NCBI GenBank assembly: GCA_035635575.1
Contig: DASQAV010000031.1
Span: 1,527 to 65,526 of the forward strand
Direction of reading: 5' to 3'
Source of the DNA: Candidatus Dormiibacterota bacterium
GTDB lineage: Bacteria > Eisenbacteria > RBG-16-71-46 > SZUA-252
DNA: 64,000 nt
The position numbers were made by a program, and so were the translations under genes. Below are positions 38,166-47,418 of the stretch, in pieces. The notes beneath the pieces are model-generated. The model searched no databases and had not been told where the DNA came from. It was given only the letters and a program-made list of their open reading frames with translations. The stretch's first letter is position 1, and every line of letters starts with the position of its first letter.

Positions 38166-38264
38166 GATGCAACCCCCTGACGATCGATGGCGAAAACGGT
38201 CGCGGCTCAGCCCATCAAGCTTAGACCAGGATGGGGTCCCGGTTGTACCACCACAATCGTGGAG

Positions 38265-39761
38265 CTAGATCTTTTCCTCACGGAAGGCCGGGGGCAGGGG
38301 GCCGCTCAGTGATTCCGGGACTTGGAGGAGCTGGGGAAGGGTCACGAAGGTATAGCCCATCGCCCGAAGCCGGTGAATGATCTCGGGCAGGGCGTCGATC
38401 GTGGCTTCACGATAGCGACCCTGCGCCTCGTGGAGCCCGTCGTGGAGCAGGATGATCGTCCCGGGATGAGCCCGCGCGACGGCCCGGTCGGCTACCTGCT
38501 TCGAGGTCATGCGGTTCCAGTCGCCGGGAGCGTCGTCCCAGGTCACGGCCACCAGGGAGTCTTGACGGAGGAGTCCCATCAGCCAGGGGGAGCGGATTCC
38601 CTGCGGGGGCCGGAACAGCCTCGGATAGACACCGGTGGCGTCGTGGATGGCGTTCTCCGCTCGTCTCAAATCCAGGCTCTGGCGGCGCGCGTCTTGTAAT
38701 GCGAAGCCGAAGTGGTGCGAATCGGAATGGTTGCCGATTGCGTGCCCGTCGCGGGAGATCCGCCGCGCGATCAGGGGATAGCGTCGGACGTTCTCTCCCA
38801 CCAGGAAGAAGGTCGCCGGGACGCCTTCACGGCGCAGGATGGAGAGCACGCTCGAGGTGGAGGGCTCGTCCGGCCCGTCATCGAACGTGAGCGCGACGAC
38901 GCGCCGCTTGGTGACGCCCGTCCAGTACGTCTTGCCGAATGCGTTGGACCAGGGCGTGAAGGTCTCGTAGCCGCAGAGAACCGTGAGCATCGCGAGGGAG
39001 AACGCTACCAGGCCCGCTCTCGCCGGCCTCCATCCGGTGGCCCGGGGTGCGTCGTCGCGGATGTCCGGGAACGCGCGCCAGAGCGGTCGCCGCAGCGTCT
39101 TGAAGCAGAGGAAATTGGACGCGAAGATGAAGGAGCTCCGGAGGAGGGAGCGGTTCCATCGCCGCGACGAGGTGGTCACGGACAGATCCTCGAGGAGCAC
39201 GACCTTCCCGAACTTCCGCAGCCGCTCCGAGAGCTCCGTGTCCGTCTGGAGATTGAATCGCGGGCACCACCCGCCGGCCTCGAGGAACACCCGGCGCCTC
39301 ACGGAGAAATTCGCGCCCCAGAGGTGCGGCCCCGCGGGGTTCCTCCGGTCGATGCGGTTGATGAGGGGAAGAAGGCCTCGCGTCAGGAGCTTCGCGAAGA
39401 AGCCGGGATCGCGGAACACGATGTCGCCCCCCACCGCGACGATGTCGGGACGCTCCTCGTACACGCCGGCGATTCTCGAGATCCAGTTCGGGGGCACGAC
39501 GGTGTCCGCGTCCGTCGTCGCGACGACGTCCCCTTTTGCCTCGAGAAAGCCGCGGGCGAGGGCGTTGGCGTATCCGCGCCGGGGCTCCTCCACGACGTGA
39601 AATCCGCGCGCGCGCGCCAGAGCGGCGGTCTGGTCCGTGCTCCCGTTGTCGACGACGATGATCTCGAAGGCCGGAACCTCCTGGGCTTCGAGCGAGCGCA
39701 GGCAGGCGGGAAGCAGAAGCTCCTCGTTGTACGCGGGAACGACGACGGATATCCGGATCAT
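38265..39761 (-). CDS. bifunctional fusion: N-terminal family-2 glycosyltransferase, a TM segment, and a C-terminal polysaccharide deacetylase (CE4 / NodB homology domain)
   Basis: GT2 region MIRISVVVPAYNEELLLPACLRSL...IIVVDNGSTD...TDADTVVP. TM helix AGLVAFSLAMLTVLCGY. CE4 region VALTFDDGPDEPSTSSVLSILRREGVPATFFLVGENV...GHAIGNHSDSHH...GTIILLHD. The start ATG at 39761 (RBS GAGGGA) is preferred; the ORF-track N-terminal extension is Arg-rich. Confidence 0.8.
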   Translation of the reverse strand: MIRISVVVPAYNEELLLPACLRSLEAQEVPAFEIIVVDNGSTDQTAALARARGFHVVEEPRRGYANALARGFLEAKGDVVATTDADTVVPPNWISRIAGVYEERPDIVAVGGDIVFRDPGFFAKLLTRGLLPLINRIDRRNPAGPHLWGANFSVRRRVFLEAGGWCPRFNLQTDTELSERLRKFGKVVLLEDLSVTTSSRRWNRSLLRSSFIFASNFLCFKTLRRPLWRAFPDIRDDAPRATGWRPARAGLVAFSLAMLTVLCGYETFTPWSNAFGKTYWTGVTKRRVVALTFDDGPDEPSTSSVLSILRREGVPATFFLVGENVRRYPLIARRISRDGHAIGNHSDSHHFGFALQDARRQSLDLRRAENAIHDATGVYPRLFRPPQGIRSPWLMGLLRQDSLVAVTWDDAPGDWNRMTSKQVADRAVARAHPGTIILLHDGLHEAQGRYREATIDALPEIIHRLRAMGYTFVTLPQLLQVPESLSGPLPPAFREEKI

Positions 39762-39969
39762 ATTCCCTCGGGCGAAACGCCTTCGTTCCGCGGATGGCTC
39801 CATACACCTCAGGCCCATCGAACACGCGAAGGCGGGAGTGTGTTCCCCGGCCACTGAACGCCCCCTTAACGCTTTCGGTCCGCGGGCTCCGCGCCGCGTT
39901 TTCGGGCTCCCTGCATGGCGTACGCTTGTGCGTGGTCGAAAGGATACCCCTGTCGAAAGGAGAACCGCC

Positions 39970-40353
39970 ATGAATCGTTCCAAGCAGTCCCTCGTGCTCC
40001 TCCTCGTCACCGCTTTCGCCATCGTGCTCTCCCATCCGGCGATGGCCGCCACGAAGCATCATCCGCGCGCTACTCGCCCCAAGATTTCGCTCAAGCAGGC
40101 ACGCACCACGGCGCTGGCCAAGGTGCCGGGCGGCAAGGTCGCGAAGCATGAGCTGGAGCGCGAGAACGGAAAGCTCATCTACTCGTTCGACATCCGGGTC
40201 CCGAAGCAATCCGGGGTCGAGGAAGTGCAGGTCGACGCGATGACCGGCGAGGTGGTGTCGCAGACGCATGAGAGCGCCGTGAAGGAGCGGAAGGAGGCGC
40301 ATCAGGAGCAGACGGAGAGCCGGAAGGACAGTTTGGGTACGCCCGGCCACTGA
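39970..40353 (+). CDS. PepSY domain-containing small secreted protein
   Basis: AAGGAG RBS. Signal peptide MNRSKQSLVLLLVTAFAIVLSHPAMA. PepSY signature ISLKQARTTALAKVPGGKVAKHELERENGKLIYSFDI. Confidence 0.75.
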   Translation: MNRSKQSLVLLLVTAFAIVLSHPAMAATKHHPRATRPKISLKQARTTALAKVPGGKVAKHELERENGKLIYSFDIRVPKQSGVEEVQVDAMTGEVVSQTHESAVKERKEAHQEQTESRKDSLGTPGH

Positions 40354-40439
40354 CCGGGGAAGCATCGGCGGGAGCCGGCCGAGCCCCGGCCGGGACGCGG
40401 CCGCGCTCCTACCCATGAGCATTCCTCATCGCCCAGGCC

Positions 40440-43400
40440 GTGCCCTTCGTTGCAGTCCCCGCAGTCCCCCCGGCCGCTCCCCGAAGATCCCCATCCCCCC
40501 ACGAATACGCCCGACCCGATCGGCGGATCGCGGAGTATGCTAGCGGCATTCCCAAGATCGCTCACTCCCGGCCCGAGGACCCCGTGGATCTCACCGTAGG
40601 AACCGCCATCTCGCGCTACCGCATCGCGGAGCGCCTCGGCACCGGAGGCATGGGGGTCGTCTACCGCGCGCGCGACGAGCGCCTGGGGCGGGACGTGGCC
40701 CTGAAGCTCCTCTCCGTCGGCGCCCTGGATTCGGGGTCGGCGCGACAGCGGTTCGTCCGCGAGGCCCAGCTGGCCGCCACGCTCAATCATCCCCACATCG
40801 TCACGATCTACGAAGTGGAAGAGGCCGACGGATATCACTTCATCGCCATGGAGTTCGTGGAGGGCGAGACCCTCCGCGCCCGGCTCATGCGCGGGCCGCT
40901 GGAGCTCCCCGATCTGATCCGGATCGGCGCCGACGTCGCGAATGCCCTCGACGCGGCCCATTCCCTCGGACTGATTCACCGCGACATCAAGCCCGCGAAC
41001 ATCCTGCTCACGCGCGCCGGACGAGCCAAGGTCGCGGACTTCGGGCTGGCGAAGCGCATCGAGGGCGCGGGGGAAGGCTCGAGCCCCAACGCCATGGCGC
41101 CGGCCGCGACGGTCAGCGATCTGACCCAGGCGGGCGCGGTCGCCGGCACCGTCTCCTACATGTCCCCCGAGCAGACGCGCGGGGACGTGCTGGATTCACG
41201 ATCCGATCTCTTCTCGCTGGGGGTCGTGCTCTACGAGGCGGCGACGGGCCGCTTGCCCTTCGAAGGGCCGAGCGCTTTCGCCGTGATTCACGAGATCGCG
41301 CTCGTCGAGCCTCCATCGCCGAGCCGCGTCCGGCCCGGCCTCGCCCGCGAGCTCGACTCGATCGTGCTCCGCGCGATGGCGAAGGACCGGGAGCGGCGCT
41401 ACGCCCGCGGCGCCGAGATGGCGTCGGCCCTCCGCTCCATCGCGCAAGGCGCTCCGGTCGCCGTGCAGCCGCCCGGTGGTGCGGAGGCCGTCGCGCGCGT
41501 GCCGCACAACCTGCCGCTCTCCCTCACGAGCTTCGTGGGACGCCAGGGAGAGATGGAGGAAGTGGCCCGCCTTCTCGGGACCGCGCGCCTCGTGACGCTG
41601 CTCGGGTCGGGTGGATGCGGGAAGACCCGGCTCGCGATCCAGATCGCCCGGAACACTCTGGAGAAATATCCCGACGGAGTCTGGCTGGTGGAGCTGGCAT
41701 CGCTCTCCGACCCTTCGCTGGCCGCCGCGAGCGTGGCGCTGGCGCTGGGGCTGCGCGAGGAGTCGGGACGTCCGGTCGTCGAGACCATCGCGGAGCACCT
41801 CGCGGGGCGCTCGGCCCTTCTGGTTCTGGACAACTGCGAGCACATCACTCCCACGTGCGCGGCCCTTGCGCACACGCTCCTTGCGGCGGCCCCCGCGCTT
41901 CGCATTCTCGCCACGAGCCGGCAGGCGCTGGGAGTGGCGGGAGAGACGCTGTGGCGGATTCCGTCCCTCAGCGTTCCCGATCCCGCATCCACGCCGCAGC
42001 CGCGCCAGGTCGTGAACCGCTACGAATCGGTGCGCCTCTTCCTGGACCGCGCGGGAGCGGTGCAGCCCACGTTCACGCTGACGGACCAGAACGCGTGGAC
42101 CGTGGCGCAGATCTGCGGGCGGCTGGACGGAATCCCGCTCGCGATCGAGCTTGCCGCGGCCCGCGTCAAGGTCCTGCCCGTGGCGCAGATCCTGTCCAGG
42201 CTCGAGGATCGGTTCCGCCTCCTGACTTCGGGAGGCTCCGCGGCGCTGCAGCGGCAGCAGACGCTCCGTGCCGCGGTGGACTGGAGCTACGAGCTCCTCG
42301 AGCCCAAGGAGCAGCAGCTCTTCCAGCGGATCAGCGTCTTCGCGGGAGGGCTCTTTCTCGAGGCGGCGGAGTCCGTCTGCTCCGGCGATGGAATCGGCGA
42401 GGAGGAGATCCTGGACCTCCTGGAGCATCTGGTCGACAAGTCGCTCCTGACTCCGGAGGAGGGATCGGAGGGCACGGCGCGCTACCGCCTGCTCGAGACG
42501 CTGCGCGCGTACGGGAAGGAGCGCCTCCATCACGCTTCGGGATGGGAGGTCTACGTCGGTCGTCACGCGGAGTTCTATCGCGCGCTCGCGGAGCGCGCGG
42601 CGCCCGAGCTGGTGGGAGCGGAGCAGGCCTCGTGGCTCAACCGGCTCCAGGAGGAGCACGACAACCTTCGCCAGGCCATCGAGACGGCGCACGAGAAGGA
42701 GGAGTCCCCAAGCGCCCTCTCGATGAGCGCCAGTCTCTGGCGCTTCTGGTGGACGCGCGGCCTCTGGCAGGAAGGAAACCGCCGCATCTCCCGGGCGCTC
42801 GAGCTCGCGGGGGACCGCCGCGATCCGACGCGCGTGAGCGCCCTGCACGGAAGCGCGGTGCTGGCGCGGTGTCTCGGCGACTACGCGACGGCGCACGATC
42901 GGATCGAGGCCTGCATCTCGATCGCGCGCGAGACCGGCGACCGGGAAGGGCTCGCCTGGTCGCTGAAGGAGCTCGGCAATGTTGCCTACGTGAAGGGAGA
43001 CCACGACGCCGCGATGACCGCGTACGAGGAGAGCCTGATCCACTGCCGCGCCATCGATGACCGCCACGGAATCGCCGGGGTGCTTCATAACCTGGGAAGC
43101 GTGGCTCTGGGACAGGAGGACTACGCGCGCGCCCGCCAGCTCTACGAGGAATCGCTCATGCTCGAGCGCGAGCTGGGGGACCGGACCGGCGAGGCGATCA
43201 CGCTGAACGGCCTCGGCACGTCGGCGCGATTCCAGGGAGACGATGCCGCGGCCCTCTCCTATCACGAGCAGGGTCTTTCCCTGCAGCGCGAGCTCGGCGA
43301 GCGCTCGGGGATCGCCTACTCGCTGGGAGAGCTGGGGCTCCTCGCCGCGAACGCGCACGATTTCCGCCGCGGCAGGACGTATCTGGTCGAGAGTCTGGTC

Positions 43401-43694
43401 ATCCTGCGTGAGATGGGGGATCGTCAGGGAATCGCGGATGGCCTGGAGCGCTGCGCCGCGCTCGAGTTCCGCCAGAATCTTCCCGAGCGCGCGCTCGTGC
43501 TCTACGGCGCATCGCGCGCGCTGCGCGAGACGCTCGGCGCCGAGGCGGCGCCATCGGATCGCAGAAGAATCCAGGAAGACCTGGGCGCGCTCTGGAATGA
43601 AGTGGGGGCCGATGGCGCCACGGCGGTCTTCGCGAAGGGGCGCACCCTGTCGCTCGACCGCGCATTCGATCTCGCCATGGAGTCGGTTATGTGA
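40440..43694 (+). CDS. Ser/Thr protein kinase fused to an NB-ARC/AAA-type STAND ATPase and C-terminal TPR repeats (PknK/AfsR-like regulator)
   Basis: Kinase motifs (LGTGGMGVVYRARD, VALKLL, HRDIKPANILL, DFGLAK, SYMSPEQ). P-loop LLGSGGCGKTRLA, Walker B LLVLDNCEH. About 8 TPR units (GLAWSLKELGNVAYVKGDHDAAMTAYEESL and others). The exact start is uncertain. Confidence 0.85.
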   Translation: MPFVAVPAVPPAAPRRSPSPHEYARPDRRIAEYASGIPKIAHSRPEDPVDLTVGTAISRYRIAERLGTGGMGVVYRARDERLGRDVALKLLSVGALDSGSARQRFVREAQLAATLNHPHIVTIYEVEEADGYHFIAMEFVEGETLRARLMRGPLELPDLIRIGADVANALDAAHSLGLIHRDIKPANILLTRAGRAKVADFGLAKRIEGAGEGSSPNAMAPAATVSDLTQAGAVAGTVSYMSPEQTRGDVLDSRSDLFSLGVVLYEAATGRLPFEGPSAFAVIHEIALVEPPSPSRVRPGLARELDSIVLRAMAKDRERRYARGAEMASALRSIAQGAPVAVQPPGGAEAVARVPHNLPLSLTSFVGRQGEMEEVARLLGTARLVTLLGSGGCGKTRLAIQIARNTLEKYPDGVWLVELASLSDPSLAAASVALALGLREESGRPVVETIAEHLAGRSALLVLDNCEHITPTCAALAHTLLAAAPALRILATSRQALGVAGETLWRIPSLSVPDPASTPQPRQVVNRYESVRLFLDRAGAVQPTFTLTDQNAWTVAQICGRLDGIPLAIELAAARVKVLPVAQILSRLEDRFRLLTSGGSAALQRQQTLRAAVDWSYELLEPKEQQLFQRISVFAGGLFLEAAESVCSGDGIGEEEILDLLEHLVDKSLLTPEEGSEGTARYRLLETLRAYGKERLHHASGWEVYVGRHAEFYRALAERAAPELVGAEQASWLNRLQEEHDNLRQAIETAHEKEESPSALSMSASLWRFWWTRGLWQEGNRRISRALELAGDRRDPTRVSALHGSAVLARCLGDYATAHDRIEACISIARETGDREGLAWSLKELGNVAYVKGDHDAAMTAYEESLIHCRAIDDRHGIAGVLHNLGSVALGQEDYARARQLYEESLMLERELGDRTGEAITLNGLGTSARFQGDDAAALSYHEQGLSLQRELGERSGIAYSLGELGLLAANAHDFRRGRTYLVESLVILREMGDRQGIADGLERCAALEFRQNLPERALVLYGASRALRETLGAEAAPSDRRRIQEDLGALWNEVGADGATAVFAKGRTLSLDRAFDLAMESVM

Positions 43695-43753
43695 TACCAT
43701 CCGGCCCAATCAAGAACCCACCGTTCCGGGGCGCGGAACAATGTGAGGTACGC

Positions 43754-46700
43754 ATGGCCGCCTGGCTCTGGCACCGCCTCCGTCGCGCCTTCGCTCCCGC
43801 CGCGACAGCCTTGTTCCTGACCCTGATTCTCCCTACGTTCGCATCCGTCCGTCCCGTCCTTGCCGCGGAGCGCATCAAGATCGCGATCCCACCCGCGGAC
43901 GGAACCGTGCCACCGGCCCCCGGGGCCGGAACGGTCGCCCACGCCACGAATGCGGTGACCTCCTACTTCCTCTACCCGGGCGCGTGCGCGGACCGGGCGG
44001 CCGGGACCTGGGCTCCGAGGGCAACGCCGCAAGCCGACTCACTCAATTCGTATCCGAGTGGAACCACGGGGCCGTACGCCGTTCAAGATCTGAGTCTCAA
44101 GGAGATCCTCTGGCACGTCTCGGACAACGACTCATGCGTCACGGGCACGAGCTGTCCCGCCGCCCTCAGCGGCACCCGGATGCTCTGGTGCGGCAAGAAC
44201 GATCCCGGCTGGGTCGTGCAATACGGCTATCCCAACTTCACCTACCAGATTCTCTACTTCGACACCGGTGCTCACGCCGGTCCGACCTACAACCTGACCC
44301 TTACCTACAACATCAGCTGCGAGTTCAACTACGACTTCCTCTACGTCGTGGGTGGCGGCGGCGGCGCGGCCGATCCGTACGGGAACAGCCGCGCGACGCT
44401 GGACGGCGTCATCGCGGTGAACGGGCACCTCATCGAGTTCACGGGTAGCATCCGGCCGACCTCTCCGAACGCGACGAGTGGAAATACCACGGGCGGTCTC
44501 GTCGCGGTCCATGACAATCCGGGCTCTCCGGCTACCGTGACGGGTGCTTCCTTCGTCATCGACGGCCAAAACCGCGCCCTCTACTTCGTCCTCGTGAGCG
44601 ATTGCTTCAACTCCAACGAGGATGGCCTGTGGCCCGAGGGCCACGGCCTCATGCTCGACGACGTCTCCACGAGCGACAACGGCTTGCTCTACAACGAGCA
44701 GATCCCGCCGATCGCTCCGGGTGGCGGTTCGTTGTTCGATACGACCGTCCCACCGGGCGGGGGCATCGTGATCCGAGGAACCGCCGGAGCCCCGATCATC
44801 TCGGCACGCGTGGCGCCGGGCGTTGGAGCGCTCTGGCAGCTGGTGGGGGGAAACAGCCTTCCCACGCCGGACATCTGCTCGCCCAAGAACTCGATGGCGG
44901 ACCACATCTTCATCGGAGCAAACGGGGCGTCGTTTCAAACGGTCCCCAACACGGCAACCTCGATCGTGACCTGCACGTTCCCGATTCCTGGTGGAACCGC
45001 ATCGGTCATCGCGCAGTGGAACCAGTACCTGGACCTGCCCGCCTACCAGGGCTATGTGCAGTTCGCGGAGTACCGGTACTACCGCGATGGCTCCTGGTCG
45101 TCGTGGAAGAACACCGATGGCGGCGGGACGCGGCGCGTGGAGGCGTTCCAGGCGTGGGGCGGAGTTCGAGCGGAGCTAGCGGAGGCGGCGCAGGCCGACT
45201 CGGTCCAGCTGAGCTACTCCTTCCGCTGCGTGCGCGAGATCGCGGCGGATCACAATAACTGCGGCGCCGTGTCGTATGGCCTCCTCTACGACGACTTCCG
45301 CCTGGAGGTGGTCACCGGCGTCCCCGCGCCCGTGTTCGGAATCTACCCCGCGTTCCTGGCGCAGTCGACCTTCGTGGACGGCACGATCAACGGAGACGGA
45401 TGCAACCCGGGTACCGTCGCCGCGGGTCAGTGTTGGCCGGGCGTTCGCGGAAGCGACGCGGCTCTTACCGCCGCGATTCACGACAACTTCAACAGCCCCC
45501 TCGGCGACTCGATCGTGATGACCATCAGCTCCGGCCTTCGGAGAAACGGCAAGGGCGTCAACTGGCATTTCGGATTCGACCGATCGGCGGGCGCGGGACT
45601 GGTGATCGCGCACACGAATCCCAATTTCGTCGCGTCGTTCGACGCGCCCCGGGTGATCTATCGGCTCTTCGATCCGGCCTCGAAGTCCTGGAGCCCCTTC
45701 GATTCCAGCGAGCTCGACGCCAACAGCGTGGCGATGTCCGGTACCGATACCTTCCTGATCGATTCGAGATTTCGCATGAACTGGCCTCCGAGGGACCGGG
45801 TCGGCTTCTCGCTGCCGGGTGGGTTCAGCGTGAATGGCAAGACCCTGTACAGCCAGCTCAACTTCCTGCCGCGGGGAACGCGGATCCAGTACTACTTCAA
45901 GGCGGTGGACATCAACGGCACCACCGTCTACCAGTTCAGCTCCGATCTTCGAGGGCGCGAGGTGGAGGACCTTCCCGTCCTGCCCGGCTCCTCGAATCGC
46001 GCGCCCGACGTGGTCGAATTCGACGTGCTCCCCGGCGCCTACCTGTCAGGACCGGTGGGCACGCAGCTCAACGGGCGCACGAACACGCCCATCCTCAACG
46101 TGGACGACGCCTACGGTGTCTGGAGCTTCGGGGTGGATCCCGTCTCGCAGGCGCTGCGAGCGCTCGGAGTCCGTGCGGACCGGTACCGCCTGCTGCCGGG
46201 AACCGAGCAGGGAGGGAACGTCGGCGGGCACGAGTTCCCGGGAACCCGGCAAGGGCGGCTCGCCAACTATTTCCCCAATTCGCAGGAATACGCGATCCTC
46301 GATTCGCTTGCGGTGTGGTATCGAATCGTCATCGCCTCCACACACCGGAGCGCCTCGTTCTCCCCGCTCGAGGAGACCGACTCGAAACTACTTCGGGACT
46401 GGTGGAGCGCTCCGACCGGCACGGACGGTGGAGACCGGTGCATCCTGCTCACCGGGAACGATGTCTTCACAACCCTTCTCGGCGTCTCGGGCGTCCCGCA
46501 CCCCAACGAGAATGCGCTGGCCAACTCGACGTTTGGGGTGGCGTCGGCGTCCAATGCATGGAACGGCAACGGTACGATCCCCATGCCCACCATCAAGGAT
46601 CTGTTCGCGGACCCGGCCGCCGGCCCCGGGCTCGGTGTGGGGGCCTACAGCTATCCGATCGATGGAGGCTGTCCCGGCCCCGACCGGTTCGATGCGCTCT

Positions 46701-47383
46701 TCAAGATCGGGAGCGGCGAGGTCCAGAACGCCGCGACCTATCCCACGGTTTCCTCCGTGACGAACGTCGCCGGGATCTCCAGCATGACGGAGCGTGAGGT
46801 TCTTACCGATCACGACCGGAACAAGGCGCTGGGGTATGGGTTCTCGATCCAGTTCATCCGCCAGGGAGGCCTGAACCTGGTCGATACGCGCGCCCAAGTT
46901 CTCTACAAGTTCCTGACCAGCTGCCGCGGGCCGCGGGGGGTTTCGGACACCGCATCCTGCTGGCCGTGCCCGACGGACGCGAACAAGTACTCGAACTGGG
47001 CGACCTCGATCATGTTCCAGACCGGTACGTATGGGCCGCTCTATGCGATGCAGGACGCGACGCGCGTGCTGACGGCCACGGACCCCACGCCGCCGCCGGC
47101 GTTCGCCGACGCGCTCCAGCAGAACCGACCCAACCCCTTCAATCCGGAAACGGTGATTCCGTACAGCATCTCCTCGCCCGGGCGCGTCTCGGTGCGGGTG
47201 TTCGACGTGCGCGGCCGGCTGGTCCGGACCCTCGTCGATGCGTGGATGCCGACCGGGGTGCACGTGGCGCGCTGGAACGGAGCGGTGGATTCGGGCGGGA
47301 AATCCGCGAGCGGCGTCTATTTCTACGTGATCACGTATCCGGACGGGCACATCCTGTCCAGGAAGATGACGATTCTCCGCTAG
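43754..47383 (+). CDS. very large (1210 aa) secreted protein of unknown function with a T9SS-type C-terminal sorting domain
   Basis: Signal peptide MAAWLWHRLRRAFAPAATALFLTLILPTFASVRPVLAAE. No recognisable catalytic motifs. C-terminus NRPNPFNPETVIPYSISSPGRVSVRVFDVRGRLVRTLVD...SGVYFYVITYPDGHILSRKMTILR is a textbook Por_Secre_tail pattern. The ATG at 43754 is preferred over 43691, which overlaps the upstream gene. Confidence 0.8.
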   Translation: MAAWLWHRLRRAFAPAATALFLTLILPTFASVRPVLAAERIKIAIPPADGTVPPAPGAGTVAHATNAVTSYFLYPGACADRAAGTWAPRATPQADSLNSYPSGTTGPYAVQDLSLKEILWHVSDNDSCVTGTSCPAALSGTRMLWCGKNDPGWVVQYGYPNFTYQILYFDTGAHAGPTYNLTLTYNISCEFNYDFLYVVGGGGGAADPYGNSRATLDGVIAVNGHLIEFTGSIRPTSPNATSGNTTGGLVAVHDNPGSPATVTGASFVIDGQNRALYFVLVSDCFNSNEDGLWPEGHGLMLDDVSTSDNGLLYNEQIPPIAPGGGSLFDTTVPPGGGIVIRGTAGAPIISARVAPGVGALWQLVGGNSLPTPDICSPKNSMADHIFIGANGASFQTVPNTATSIVTCTFPIPGGTASVIAQWNQYLDLPAYQGYVQFAEYRYYRDGSWSSWKNTDGGGTRRVEAFQAWGGVRAELAEAAQADSVQLSYSFRCVREIAADHNNCGAVSYGLLYDDFRLEVVTGVPAPVFGIYPAFLAQSTFVDGTINGDGCNPGTVAAGQCWPGVRGSDAALTAAIHDNFNSPLGDSIVMTISSGLRRNGKGVNWHFGFDRSAGAGLVIAHTNPNFVASFDAPRVIYRLFDPASKSWSPFDSSELDANSVAMSGTDTFLIDSRFRMNWPPRDRVGFSLPGGFSVNGKTLYSQLNFLPRGTRIQYYFKAVDINGTTVYQFSSDLRGREVEDLPVLPGSSNRAPDVVEFDVLPGAYLSGPVGTQLNGRTNTPILNVDDAYGVWSFGVDPVSQALRALGVRADRYRLLPGTEQGGNVGGHEFPGTRQGRLANYFPNSQEYAILDSLAVWYRIVIASTHRSASFSPLEETDSKLLRDWWSAPTGTDGGDRCILLTGNDVFTTLLGVSGVPHPNENALANSTFGVASASNAWNGNGTIPMPTIKDLFADPAAGPGLGVGAYSYPIDGGCPGPDRFDALFKIGSGEVQNAATYPTVSSVTNVAGISSMTEREVLTDHDRNKALGYGFSIQFIRQGGLNLVDTRAQVLYKFLTSCRGPRGVSDTASCWPCPTDANKYSNWATSIMFQTGTYGPLYAMQDATRVLTATDPTPPPAFADALQQNRPNPFNPETVIPYSISSPGRVSVRVFDVRGRLVRTLVDAWMPTGVHVARWNGAVDSGGKSASGVYFYVITYPDGHILSRKMTILR

Positions 47384-47418
47384 CGCTCCCTGCCTGAATC
47401 CAACGATCCTCTGTCCTC

